In this document: in pieces, positions 24,119 to 34,233 of the stretch | Position numbering within the stretch: position 1 is the stretch's first letter | Layout of the letters: every line of letters starts with the position of its first letter | NCBI GenBank assembly: GCA_963740085.1 | Contig: CAVUCU010000001.1 | Coordinates: 1,312,001-1,376,000 of the forward strand | DNA: 64,000 nt | Source of the DNA: Nitrospirota bacterium | Lineage (GTDB): Bacteria > Nitrospirota > UBA9217 | Direction of reading: 5' to 3' | Notes under the pieces: generated by a model | What the model was told of the DNA's origin: nothing | The model's input: only the letters and a program-made list of their open reading frames with translations | Databases searched by the model: none | Program-made: the position numbers and the translations under genes

Positions 24119-25546
24119 ATGACTAATAAACAAACGCAAAGACTGGATGAAATCGGCATGGTCGGCTTGGGCGTCATGGGACGCAATCTCGTGCTGAACA
24201 TGGCCGACCAAGGCTTTTCGGTGGCGGGTTACGATAAGGACCAGACCAAGGTTGCGGCGCTGCGGAATGAAGCCAAGCAGCGCGATGTTCGCGGCGCAGC
24301 AGACGTCAAAGAGTTCATCGCCTTGCTCCGTCGCCCGCGCGCAATCATGATGCTGGTGCCTGCCGGCGCTCCGGTGGATTCGGTCATCAAGGACCTGTTG
24401 CCGCACCTCGACGAAGACGATCTCATCATCGATGCCGGGAACTCCTACTTCAAAGATACCGATGTGCGCGGACGCAACCTGGCAGCGAAAGGCATCCAAT
24501 TCCTCGGCGTGGGCGTGTCGGGTGGTGAAGAAGGCGCGCGTCACGGACCAAGCATCATGCCCGGCGGGCCGAAAGTGGCCTACGAACGGGTCCGTCCCGT
24601 CTTTGAAGCTGCTGCCGCCAAGGTCAGCGGCGAGCCATGCGTGACCTGGCTGGGGCCCGGATCGGCAGGTCATTTCGTGAAGATGGTCCACAATGGCATC
24701 GAATACGGTATCATGCAATTGGTCGCCGAGACATACGACCTGATGAAACGCGACCTTGGCTTGAACGACGACGAATTGCATGGCGCGTTCAGCGCATGGA
24801 ATAAGGCTGAACTGAACGGCTACCTGATGGAGATCACCAGCCATATTTTCTCCAAAAAGGACGAGAAGACCGGCATGCGGCTGATCGACGAAATTCTCGA
24901 CGTGGCCAGACAGAAAGGCACCGGCATGTGGACCTCGCAGAGCGCAATGGAACTGCAAGTGCCGATCCCGACGATCGACCTGGCGGTTGCGATGCGGGAC
25001 ATGTCCCTGTTCGTAAAGGAACGGGAGCAGGCCGGCGCGATGTATCATCGGCCCCTGCCGCGCTTCACCGGCGACCGCGACGTCTCCCTCAAGCGATTGC
25101 GCCGCGCGCTTTATACCGCGATGATCGGCATCTACGCACAAGGCATGGCTCTCCTGGTGGTTGCTTCGGACAAATACGCGTATCACCTCGATCTCGAAGC
25201 CGTGGCGCGGATCTGGCGCGGAGGCTGCATCATTCGCGCCGCGTTGTTGGAAGACATCGGCGAGGCATTTCACGCGAGACGCGATCTGCCCAATTTGCTG
25301 CTCGATCCGAACCTGTCGCACAAGGTTATGGATCATCAGGAAGATTTGCGCAAGGCGGTATGCCGGGCGGCCGAGGCGGGAATTCCGGCCCCGGGGCTGA
25401 TGGTTTCGTTGGGTTATCTCGACGCCTATCGCAGCGCATGGCTGCCGGCGAATCTCATCCAGGCCCAGCGCGACTATTTCGGTGCTCATACCTATGAGCG
25501 GACCGATGCCAAGGGCACGTTTCACACGGAATGGGAGAAAAAATGA
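24119..25546 (+). CDS. gnd: 6-phosphogluconate dehydrogenase (decarboxylating)
   Basis: GLGVMG, GVSGGEEGA, GHFVKMVHNGIEY, QKGTG.W, QAQRDYFGAHTY. Confidence 0.97.
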   Translation: MTNKQTQRLDEIGMVGLGVMGRNLVLNMADQGFSVAGYDKDQTKVAALRNEAKQRDVRGAADVKEFIALLRRPRAIMMLVPAGAPVDSVIKDLLPHLDEDDLIIDAGNSYFKDTDVRGRNLAAKGIQFLGVGVSGGEEGARHGPSIMPGGPKVAYERVRPVFEAAAAKVSGEPCVTWLGPGSAGHFVKMVHNGIEYGIMQLVAETYDLMKRDLGLNDDELHGAFSAWNKAELNGYLMEITSHIFSKKDEKTGMRLIDEILDVARQKGTGMWTSQSAMELQVPIPTIDLAVAMRDMSLFVKEREQAGAMYHRPLPRFTGDRDVSLKRLRRALYTAMIGIYAQGMALLVVASDKYAYHLDLEAVARIWRGGCIIRAALLEDIGEAFHARRDLPNLLLDPNLSHKVMDHQEDLRKAVCRAAEAGIPAPGLMVSLGYLDAYRSAWLPANLIQAQRDYFGAHTYERTDAKGTFHTEWEKK

Positions 25547-25653
25547 AGATCATGAAAACGAATGACAAACTCGAACCGGCGGTGTTCGCCATTTTTGCCG
25601 GAGCCGGCGACTGGACTTGGCGGAGAATCGAACAAGAAATGATCATCATGTAG
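25543..25653 (+). pseudogene. 5' stub of a zwf-like gene
   Basis: ATG overlaps the gnd stop; EPAVFAIFAGAGDWTWRR resembles the G6PDH N-terminal IFGxxGDLxxRK motif; stop after 36 codons. Confidence 0.6.
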
Positions 25654-25668
25654 CATTGGAGGAGAGTT

Positions 25669-28074
25669 ATGACCGATTCGATACATGCTCCCGGCTGGCC
25701 GGGCAGCCAGGCCCGCTGGACATCGAGCGCCAAGAGCGGCGTGGGCACGTCGCTCTCCCCTGCAAGCCGCGTCTGGTTCACCCTGAGCCACGGCATCCTG
25801 AACGAGATATACTATCCTCGTGTGGATCAGGCGTGCACACGCGACCTTGGCCTCATCATCACCGATGGCCGGGAATTTTTCTCCGAGGAAAAACGCCATG
25901 CCTCATCGCTCCTTACCTACATAGCCGAGGGAGTTCCCGCATATCATCTGGAAAACACTTGCATGGAAGGCCGCTACCGGATCGAGAAAGATATCATCGC
26001 TGATCCCCGAAGGGACGTTGTGCTCCAGCGGGCCCGGTTCGTTGCTCTTCAGGGGAAAATACCGGACTACCATCTCTATGCCCTTCTGGCGCCTCATCTC
26101 GGGAATCACGGCGCCGGAAACACTGCGTGGGTCGGCGACTACAAGGGCGTGCCCATGCTTTTTGCGGAGCGAGACGGTAATGCCCTGGCACTGGCTTGTT
26201 CAGCTGACTGGCTCAGGCGTTCCGTCGGTTTTGTCGGCGCTTCCGATACGTGGCTGGACCTGATGCACAATAGGATCATAACCCGGGAATACGCACGCGC
26301 CGAAAACGGCAACGTGGCGCTCTGCGGCGAAATTGATCTCGCATCATCGAACGGCGCGTTCCTTCTTGCACTGGGGTTCGGCAGCAATTTTTCCGAGGCC
26401 GGAAATCGCGCACTGGCAGGTCTCTACGATGGATTCGAGTCGGCGCAGGCCTTGTACATTCGCGAGTGGCAGGTGTGGCAGCGGACGCTGCCCGTCATGG
26501 ACAGCGCGAAGAGCGACGCCCATAACCTGTTCCGGGTGAGTACCGCGGTCCTCAGGACCCACGAGTCAAAACGCTTTCCCGGCGGCCTGATCGCCAGCCT
26601 TGCCATTCCCTGGGGTTTTTCCAAGGGCGATAACGATCTCGGCGGATATCATCTTGCGTGGCCTCGGGACCTGGTTGAGTCTGCGGGCGGACTTCTGGCC
26701 GCGGGTGCGCGCGAGGATGTTCATCGGGTGCTCCACTATCTTCAGGTCACGCAGGAAGCTGATGGATACTGGCCGCAGAACATGTGGCTCGACGGCACGC
26801 CGTACTGGGGCGGCATCCAGATGGACGAGACCGCTTTTCCCATTCTTCTGGTTGATATGGCGCGGAGGGAAAAGGCGCTGGAAAAGCGTGATCTCGTCGG
26901 GCTCTGGCCCATGGTGCGAAGGGCGGCAAGCTTTATCGTGCGGAATGGTCCGGTAACGCAGCAGGACCGCTGGGAGGAAGATGCGGGCTATTCGCCTTTC
27001 ACGCTTGCAGTGGAGATCGCGGCGCTTCTGGTCGCCGCGGACCTCGCAGAGCTGAACAGCGAGCCCAAGGCCGCCGTGTATCTCCGCGAAACCGCCGACG
27101 CCTGGAACGCGAACATCGAACGCTGGGTCTACGTGACGGGAACGGAGCTGGCAAAGAGCGCGGGAGTTGACGGCTATTACGTACGCATCGCGCCGCCGGA
27201 CACCGCCGATGCAGCCTCACCGGAAGAAGGGTTCGTACCGATCAAGAACAGGCCTGTCGGCCAAAGCGCCGAGCCCGCTGTGCATATCGTAAGCCCTGAT
27301 GCCCTGGGCCTGGTCCGTTTCGGCCTTCGCGCAGCCGATGATCCGCGTATTGTCAATACGGTCAAGGTCATAGACGCGTTTTTGAAGGTGGAGACGCCCC
27401 ACGGCCCGGCCTGGCACCGGTACAATGACGACGGCTATGGAGAGCACGCGGACGGCTCGCCGTTCGATGGCACGGGCATCGGGAGGGCCTGGCCTTTGCT
27501 TACCGGCGAGCGCGCCCATTACGAACTCGCGGCCGGCCGCAGCGATAAAGCGGAGAACCTGCTCCGTGCCCTCGAAGCCTTCGCAAACGAAGGAGGAATG
27601 ATATCCGAGCAGGTCTGGGACGCCCCGGACATCCCGGAGAAAGAACTCTTTTTCGGCAGGCCCTCGGGTTCGGCCATGCCGCTGGTCTGGGCCCATTCCG
27701 AGTACGTGAAGCTGAGGCGGTCTTTGCATGATGGACGCGTGTTCGATACGCCGCCGCAGACCATCGAGCGTTATCAGGGGAAAAAGACCGGGTCCCCCTA
27801 CTCCATCTGGCGGTTCAACCACAAGTGTCGGTCCATGATGGCGGGCAGGACGCTTCGTCTGGAGGTACTGTCGCCTGCGATGGTGCGATGGAGTGCGGAC
27901 GGATGGCGCACGGTTCAAGAAACGTCCACGCAGGATACCGGACTCGGTGTCCATTGCGCCGACCTTTTGACAAAGCATGTCCCCGTCGGAGGAACGATGG
28001 AATTCACCTTCTATTGGACTCAAGCCCGACGATGGGAAAACACGAACTTTTTGGTTGCCGTAACGCAGGAATGA
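25669..28074 (+). CDS. GH15 glucoamylase/glucodextranase
   Basis: APGWPG, NEIYYP, GGYHLAWPRD, QDRWEE, RYNDDGYGE, SAMPLVWAHSEY; C-terminal accessory domain. Confidence 0.92.
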   Translation: MTDSIHAPGWPGSQARWTSSAKSGVGTSLSPASRVWFTLSHGILNEIYYPRVDQACTRDLGLIITDGREFFSEEKRHASSLLTYIAEGVPAYHLENTCMEGRYRIEKDIIADPRRDVVLQRARFVALQGKIPDYHLYALLAPHLGNHGAGNTAWVGDYKGVPMLFAERDGNALALACSADWLRRSVGFVGASDTWLDLMHNRIITREYARAENGNVALCGEIDLASSNGAFLLALGFGSNFSEAGNRALAGLYDGFESAQALYIREWQVWQRTLPVMDSAKSDAHNLFRVSTAVLRTHESKRFPGGLIASLAIPWGFSKGDNDLGGYHLAWPRDLVESAGGLLAAGAREDVHRVLHYLQVTQEADGYWPQNMWLDGTPYWGGIQMDETAFPILLVDMARREKALEKRDLVGLWPMVRRAASFIVRNGPVTQQDRWEEDAGYSPFTLAVEIAALLVAADLAELNSEPKAAVYLRETADAWNANIERWVYVTGTELAKSAGVDGYYVRIAPPDTADAASPEEGFVPIKNRPVGQSAEPAVHIVSPDALGLVRFGLRAADDPRIVNTVKVIDAFLKVETPHGPAWHRYNDDGYGEHADGSPFDGTGIGRAWPLLTGERAHYELAAGRSDKAENLLRALEAFANEGGMISEQVWDAPDIPEKELFFGRPSGSAMPLVWAHSEYVKLRRSLHDGRVFDTPPQTIERYQGKKTGSPYSIWRFNHKCRSMMAGRTLRLEVLSPAMVRWSADGWRTVQETSTQDTGLGVHCADLLTKHVPVGGTMEFTFYWTQARRWENTNFLVAVTQE

Positions 28075-28263
28075 TGGCAAAATCCGGCCGGGAGCTGAAA
28101 CAAGAACATCGTACGCCGATAGAGCCTGCGCAGGAGAGACGATTGCAGGCGTGTGCGTCGGACTTTCTCAGCGCACAATGAAAGAACGCAGTGAGACGTA
28201 TGAGATCCGTGTAACCGAGATAAAAAAGCAATCGCGCATAAATGGCTTGGAAGGAGATCGAAC

Positions 28264-31200
28264 TTGACAACATACAGCAAAACGGGATGTCTTTTACTTT
28301 TCGCCCTTGCTCTCACTGCATTTCAGACAGACGCGTATGGTGCGGGGGAAAAACCCGTGCAGCCCCTTCCGGTATACCGTCTCGTCGTTTCGTTCGACTT
28401 GAAAAGTCATCTCCTGAAAGGCACTGCATCCATTACGCTGCCGGAGGCCGGCGATACGATGGTTTCTGCCGGCAATCTCAGGATCACCTCGGTCACCTTG
28501 AACGGATCGCCTGCGGATTACAAGGTCAAAGAAGGCCTGTTCAAGATAGCCGGGAACGGAATACTCGAAATAAGGTACGAAGGGACCTTCGCGGGAGAGC
28601 CCGGCGACATGGTGAACCTTGAGAATGCAGGCGTGGTCTCAACCGGGGTGGTAAGCGCCGGCGGCATCTCGCTCACCGCTGACTGGTATCCTGCGATCAG
28701 CGGCCTTGCATTTTATAAGCTCATCGCTCTTGTTCCGGATAATTTCGTCGCCATATCGGAGGCGGATGAAATTACCGCAAGCAGGACCCCGTCGGGGAAA
28801 GAGTACTCCTTTGATTTTTCGCACCCCTTATCCGGGGTAGATCTTGTTGCAGGCGAATACCGGGAGGCCAGGGACACGGTTGACGGCATAGATCTTTATA
28901 CCTATTTCATTCCCGAGGATGTTTCCCTTGCTGCGGATTATATCGAACACATGAAAAAATATTTCAAAATGTACAATAAATTGCTCGTTCCGTACCCGTA
29001 CAAAAGGTTCTCCGTCGTGGAGAACATCCTGCCGACGGGCCTTTCCATGCCTACCTTCACCCTTCTGGGAAGGGACATCATCCGCCTCCCGTTCATTCCC
29101 GAGACCTCCCTGGGTCATGAAATTACCCATCAATGGTTCGGGAATTATGTGTTTGCCGACTTTAAAAAAGGCAACTGGCTGGAAGCGATCACCACTTATC
29201 TCTCCGATCATCTTTACGAGGAACAGAAGGGCAAAGGGTGGGAGTATCGAAAGAATATCCTCATTAATTTCCAGAGCTATGTCTCCCCTGAAAAGGACTT
29301 CCCCCTCCGGGATTTCGTGGAGAGGACCGATTTCTCCTCCATGGCGATCGGATACGGAAAAGGCGCCATGCTTTTCCACATGCTGGAGAATCTGCTCGGA
29401 AGGGACAAATTTTATAAATCCCTGCGGACGCTGATCGACGACAATAAATTTCGAAAGGCGTCGTGGGCCGAGGTGGAGAATTCTTTTGAGCGGGAATCGG
29501 GCCAGGACCTCGGATGGTTTTTCAGCCAGTGGCTCGACCGCAAAGGAGTTCCTTCATTCGAAGTGCGATACCCCGGAGCGCTGGTCCTAAACGGCAACCC
29601 GACCGCGTCATGCGAGCTTAAGCAGAAGGGAGCACTTTATCGAGTGGCGTTGCCTGCAAAAGTCGTTACGGAAAGAAGTGAAGTGAGGCAGACGCTGTTG
29701 CTGGAAAAAGAAAAACACTATTTCGACATCGCGGTAAAAGAAGAGCCTCGGGAGCTGATCTTTGATGATGGTTACGACATTATGAGGACGCTTGCACGCG
29801 ACGAATTTCCTCCCGTCATTGCGCGGCTGCTGGGAGATGAACAAAAGCTGATCGTTTACCCTGAAAAAGAAAAAGAGCGGTACGCCGGCTTGATGTCCAT
29901 TTTCAAAAGAGCGGGGTTTGTGGCCAAAGAACAGGGAGAGGTGAACGACAAGGACATCAAAGCCTCTTCGCTCCTCGTTTTGGGCTCTGAAAGCCCTGTC
30001 CTTAAACGGCTCTTTGGAGAAGCCGGGGTAAGGAAGCCGGGATTTCTCCTTATCGTAAGAAATAACCCCCTGAATACCGCAAAGGTCGTGGCCTATGCCC
30101 ACGGGGATTCGAAAGAAGAAGTCGATCTCGCCGCAGGAAAGATATTCCACTATGGAAAGTATTCGGTCCTGCGCTTTGAAAAAGGGAAGAACGTCGTAAA
30201 GGAAATTACCGAAAAAGACCGGGGCATGGTGTTCAATCTCCGTGATTCCGTAGAAGGGGTGGAACCCGCACGATCATTAAAGCTCGATAAAATAATAGAT
30301 GCTGTCAGCGACAAGCCCCTTATCCTCATCGGAGAACGTCACACCAACTATGAAGACCATAAGGTGGAGCTTGCGGTAATCATGGGTCTCTTTAAAAAGG
30401 GGAGAAAATTCGCGATCGGGATGGAAATGTTCCAGACGCCTTTCCAGACGGCGATCGACGGGTATCTCTCCGGAGCCCTGGATGAAAGGGAATTTCTAAA
30501 AAAGACGGAATATTTCAAGAGGTGGAAATTTGACTACATGTATTACCGCGAGATCATAGAGTTCGCCAAGGCGAAGGGTATTCCCCTTATCGCGCTCAAC
30601 CAGCGGACGGAAATTGTGGACAAAGTGGCCAGGGGAGGACTCGATGCCCTTTCCGCGGAGGAAAGGAAAGAGATACCCCAGGACATGGACATGTCCGATG
30701 AATCACATAAACAGCGCATGAAGGATGTATTCGAAGACCATCCTCCAGGAATTGCATTTGACAACTTTTACCAGTCACAGATACTCTGGGATGAGACCAT
30801 GGCGCACTCAGCAGCCCGATTCCTGGAGGAACATCCGGAAGTGCAGATGGTCGTGCTCGCCGGAGATGAACACATCATGTACGGTTCGGGGGTCCCCGAC
30901 CGGATTCACCGGCTTACCGGCAAAGACCCTGTTACGCTTATAAACGGCGTCTTCGACAAGGACGTCGGCACTTATGTGCTTTTTCCGGAACCCCTCAACC
31001 CTCCTTATACCGCAAAACTGGGGGTCATCGTCAAGGAAGCAGATGGTGTGGTTCACGTTGACGATTTTTCGACTGATAGCCCGGCATCACAGGCAGGGAT
31101 CAGAGAAGGCGACATTATCTCTTCCATAGACGGCGGGAAGATAGAAGCCTTAAGCGATATGAAGATAGCCCTGTTTGACAAGAAACCGGGCCAGACGATA

Positions 31201-31269
31201 AGCGTAAAAGTAGTAAGAAAAAACTTTTTTCTTGGCAAAAGAATACTTGAATTTTATCTAACCCTATAA
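28264..31269 (+). CDS. Exported M1-like metallopeptidase / ChaN-like / PDZ fusion protein
   Basis: Signal peptide; HEITHQWFGN..NWLE and YGKG; IGERH..H..AIGMEMF..Q..WDETMA; SPASQAGIREGDII. Confidence 0.8.
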   Translation: MTTYSKTGCLLLFALALTAFQTDAYGAGEKPVQPLPVYRLVVSFDLKSHLLKGTASITLPEAGDTMVSAGNLRITSVTLNGSPADYKVKEGLFKIAGNGILEIRYEGTFAGEPGDMVNLENAGVVSTGVVSAGGISLTADWYPAISGLAFYKLIALVPDNFVAISEADEITASRTPSGKEYSFDFSHPLSGVDLVAGEYREARDTVDGIDLYTYFIPEDVSLAADYIEHMKKYFKMYNKLLVPYPYKRFSVVENILPTGLSMPTFTLLGRDIIRLPFIPETSLGHEITHQWFGNYVFADFKKGNWLEAITTYLSDHLYEEQKGKGWEYRKNILINFQSYVSPEKDFPLRDFVERTDFSSMAIGYGKGAMLFHMLENLLGRDKFYKSLRTLIDDNKFRKASWAEVENSFERESGQDLGWFFSQWLDRKGVPSFEVRYPGALVLNGNPTASCELKQKGALYRVALPAKVVTERSEVRQTLLLEKEKHYFDIAVKEEPRELIFDDGYDIMRTLARDEFPPVIARLLGDEQKLIVYPEKEKERYAGLMSIFKRAGFVAKEQGEVNDKDIKASSLLVLGSESPVLKRLFGEAGVRKPGFLLIVRNNPLNTAKVVAYAHGDSKEEVDLAAGKIFHYGKYSVLRFEKGKNVVKEITEKDRGMVFNLRDSVEGVEPARSLKLDKIIDAVSDKPLILIGERHTNYEDHKVELAVIMGLFKKGRKFAIGMEMFQTPFQTAIDGYLSGALDEREFLKKTEYFKRWKFDYMYYREIIEFAKAKGIPLIALNQRTEIVDKVARGGLDALSAEERKEIPQDMDMSDESHKQRMKDVFEDHPPGIAFDNFYQSQILWDETMAHSAARFLEEHPEVQMVVLAGDEHIMYGSGVPDRIHRLTGKDPVTLINGVFDKDVGTYVLFPEPLNPPYTAKLGVIVKEADGVVHVDDFSTDSPASQAGIREGDIISSIDGGKIEALSDMKIALFDKKPGQTISVKVVRKNFFLGKRILEFYLTL

Positions 31270-31534
31270 ATAAGGTTTAGTTTGCGGATCGGGACCCTCC
31301 TCTTACCGGAGGTCGGGATGGTAAATGAGGACGACCGCAGTCTGATCCGTTTTGCCTAAATGAGATATACTATATCGTGTATGGATCTGGCGAGCAGCCG
31401 GGGCCTTTGTTTCATCAATGACTGCCGACCGGAGTTTTTTCTCAGCGAGAAATGGCCTGTATCGGCATAAACAGGAATTATGTCGCCGCCGTAATCCCGC
31501 GAGTGACGATCTTAACACAAAGAGGAGAAAACAA

Positions 31535-31996
31535 ATGGAAGACATCGATCAGATTCTGGTTGTAAGCAGGATGACCAAGTATTGTCAAAAGGCCGTTCAT
31601 TATGGAATTTCACTGGCGAAAAAGTATGGGGCCGCGCTGACTGTCGTTCATGTGATCCATGATCCCTTCGGGATCCAGGGATGGAATCTCCCTTTGCCTA
31701 ACCTGGAAAAGGACTTCCAGAACCTGATGAAGAAATCGCGACAGCAGCTGGATGAGATCATCGCGGTCGAAAACAAAGGCGGCATGCATATCGAGGTTCT
31801 CCTCCGGGAAGGAGAGCCGATAGAGGAAATATTGAATGTAATCAAGAAAAAGAAGATCAATCTCCTTATCATGCTCGCCCACGAGGAAGGCCGGCTGGAG
31901 CACTTCCTGTTCGGCCGCAGCAACGAGGAGCTGGTTCGCAGAATGCCCTGCTCTATTCTCCTCGTAAAGAAGGAGCCGGGGCCGGCCATATCTTGA
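31535..31996 (+). CDS. Universal stress protein
   Basis: ILVV, LTVVHV, EGEP..EI, FLFG....LVRRMPCSILLV; GAGGAG RBS. Confidence 0.85.
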   Translation: MEDIDQILVVSRMTKYCQKAVHYGISLAKKYGAALTVVHVIHDPFGIQGWNLPLPNLEKDFQNLMKKSRQQLDEIIAVENKGGMHIEVLLREGEPIEEILNVIKKKKINLLIMLAHEEGRLEHFLFGRSNEELVRRMPCSILLVKKEPGPAIS

Positions 31997-32096
31997 TGGG
32001 GTTTGATGTTTTTTTTGAACAGCAGCATGCCGGGGTCCTGTTTCCCGGACGGTTTCACGGTCCCCGAACGTTTACCTGCTTATATGAAAGGCGCTC

Positions 32097-33983
32097 ATGC
32101 AGGGTCAGACAAACAATAAACAGGAGGCAAGCGATCGCCATCTGTTCTATCTGTCCATTGCCGCGCTCGGCGTCGCGTATGGCGATATCGGCACCAGTCC
32201 CTTATACGCTCTCCGGGCCTGTTTTTACGGCGCACATGCGGTCCCTCCGACGCCAAACAACGTGTTCGGAGTGCTTTCCCTCATTTTCTGGTCATTGGTC
32301 CTGGTCGTAAGCGTCAAATACCTCCTGCTTGTTTTGAACGCAGATAACCAGGGTGAAGGGGGCGTCCTGGCGCTCATGGCCCTGGTCCTGCCGAAGAAAG
32401 GCACGCAACGGACGGTGCTCCTTACCCTAGGACTCTTCGGCGCGGCCCTCCTTTACGGCGACGGAAGCATCACGCCCGCCATATCAGTTCTGAGCGCAAT
32501 AGAAGGGCTCTCGATCGCCACGCCTGCCTTCACCTCATTCGTCGTTCCCCTTACGCTCATCGTCCTCTTTTTCCTGTTTCTCATTCAGCGCCGGGGAACC
32601 GGAAAGATAGGCATGATGTTCGGTCCGGTCATGTTCATCTGGTTCCTCGTCCTGGGCGTTCTGGGGCTGGTGAACATCATCCTCAGAAATGAGGTCCTTG
32701 CGGCGGTAAACCCCGCCTATGCAGTCCGCTTTATAGCAGTCGAGGGGTATCAAGGTGTATTTATCATCGGCGCTGTTTTCCTTGTCGTGACAGGAGCAGA
32801 GGCCCTTTACGCGGACCTGGGGCATTTCGGCCGGGCTCCGATACGCCTCGCCTGGTTCGCACTGGCACTGCCTTGCCTGCTGCTGAACTACTTCGGCCAG
32901 GGGGCTCTTCTCCTGGGAGACCCTTCCGGTTCTATCAACCCGTTCTATCACATGGCCCCGGCCTGGGCCCTCTACCCCCTGGTCGTTCTTGCCACGGCAG
33001 CCACGATCATTGCGTCACAGGCCATCATTTCCGGGGTCTTCTCTCTCACTTTTCAAGCCGTGCAGCTCGGCCACCTCCCGCGTCTGCTGGTCCTGCACAC
33101 GTCTGAAGGCGAGCAGGGACAGATCTTTCTTCCGCTGGTCAATTGGCTGTTGTTCTTCGCGACCGCCTCGATAGTCCTTGGCTTCCGGTCGTCGAACAAT
33201 CTCGCCGGAGCTTACGGTATCGCCGTGTCAACAACCATGGTCATAACTACGCTCCTTGCGTATGTGGCCCTCAGAAAACGCTGGCAGTGGCCGATGGGAG
33301 CGGCCGTCGTTGTTGCACTGCCCTTCCTCGCGGTCGACCTCGGCTTTTTCGGGTCGAACCTCATGAAGGTCGGCCATGGAGGGTGGGTTCCCCTGGTCGT
33401 GGCGGCTGTCATCTACCTGCTCATGTCCACGTGGACCGAAGGGCGGCGAGTGATCGCAAAACAGATACAGGATTTTGTCAGACCGCTGAAAAGCTATCTT
33501 CAAACGATCGACCTCAGGTCGGTTAAAAAAGTTTCAGGAACTGCGGTGTACCTGGCTGCCAGCCCGTTCTCGACACCGCCCGCCTTTGTCCATAATGTAC
33601 TGCACAACAAGATCATCCACGAACGCCTGCTTTTTCTGTATGTCGGCTACAAGAACGTCCCGCATGTCCGTGCCGACAAACGGGTCAACGTGAAAAAACT
33701 GATGGACAACGTCTATCGTATCGTGGTGCGCTATGGATTCATGGACCATGCCGACATCCGGGCCGTGGTCCGCATTCTGGACAACAAACATCTCAAGCTC
33801 GACCTGGAGGACACCACCTTCTTTGTAGGGCGCGATACGTTCATCCCCACAAAGTCCGTGGGCATGAGCAAGTGGCGCGGGATCATCTACCTGCTGATGA
33901 GGCGTAATTCGGCGCGGGCATTCCGGTATTTCAACCTGCCGCCGGAACGGGTGCTCGAGATCGGCGCTCAGATCAAGTTTTGA
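32097..33983 (+). CDS. kup: KUP/HAK/KT potassium transporter
   Basis: GVAYGDIGTSPLY, DNQGEGG, GDGSITPAISVLSA, GAEALYADLGHFG. Confidence 0.96.
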   Translation: MQGQTNNKQEASDRHLFYLSIAALGVAYGDIGTSPLYALRACFYGAHAVPPTPNNVFGVLSLIFWSLVLVVSVKYLLLVLNADNQGEGGVLALMALVLPKKGTQRTVLLTLGLFGAALLYGDGSITPAISVLSAIEGLSIATPAFTSFVVPLTLIVLFFLFLIQRRGTGKIGMMFGPVMFIWFLVLGVLGLVNIILRNEVLAAVNPAYAVRFIAVEGYQGVFIIGAVFLVVTGAEALYADLGHFGRAPIRLAWFALALPCLLLNYFGQGALLLGDPSGSINPFYHMAPAWALYPLVVLATAATIIASQAIISGVFSLTFQAVQLGHLPRLLVLHTSEGEQGQIFLPLVNWLLFFATASIVLGFRSSNNLAGAYGIAVSTTMVITTLLAYVALRKRWQWPMGAAVVVALPFLAVDLGFFGSNLMKVGHGGWVPLVVAAVIYLLMSTWTEGRRVIAKQIQDFVRPLKSYLQTIDLRSVKKVSGTAVYLAASPFSTPPAFVHNVLHNKIIHERLLFLYVGYKNVPHVRADKRVNVKKLMDNVYRIVVRYGFMDHADIRAVVRILDNKHLKLDLEDTTFFVGRDTFIPTKSVGMSKWRGIIYLLMRRNSARAFRYFNLPPERVLEIGAQIKF

Positions 33984-34218
33984 GCGAACGTACGGTGAAC
34001 CTTTTTTAAGCGGCGAAGAGGCGCCGGTCAGTCGAGGCGATCAGCCTTTACCATGAACCCAGGTTCGGAAACCCGCCGGGGTCTCTCCCGGGGCTGACCG
34101 GACGATTCTTGAAATTCGCGCTGCGGAACGACCGGTAAAACAAAAAAGAAGGGAAAAGCACGAAGACCCTCTGGCGAAAACCCGGGAGGAGCGGCCTGGT
34201 GGCAAAAAACAAGACCCG

Positions 34219-34227
34219 TGCTATAAT
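34219..34227 (+). promoter_or_regulatory. Extended -10 promoter element upstream of ftsH
   Basis: TGcTATAAT, 6 nt before ATG 34234. Confidence 0.55.
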
Positions 34228-34233
34228 CATTCT

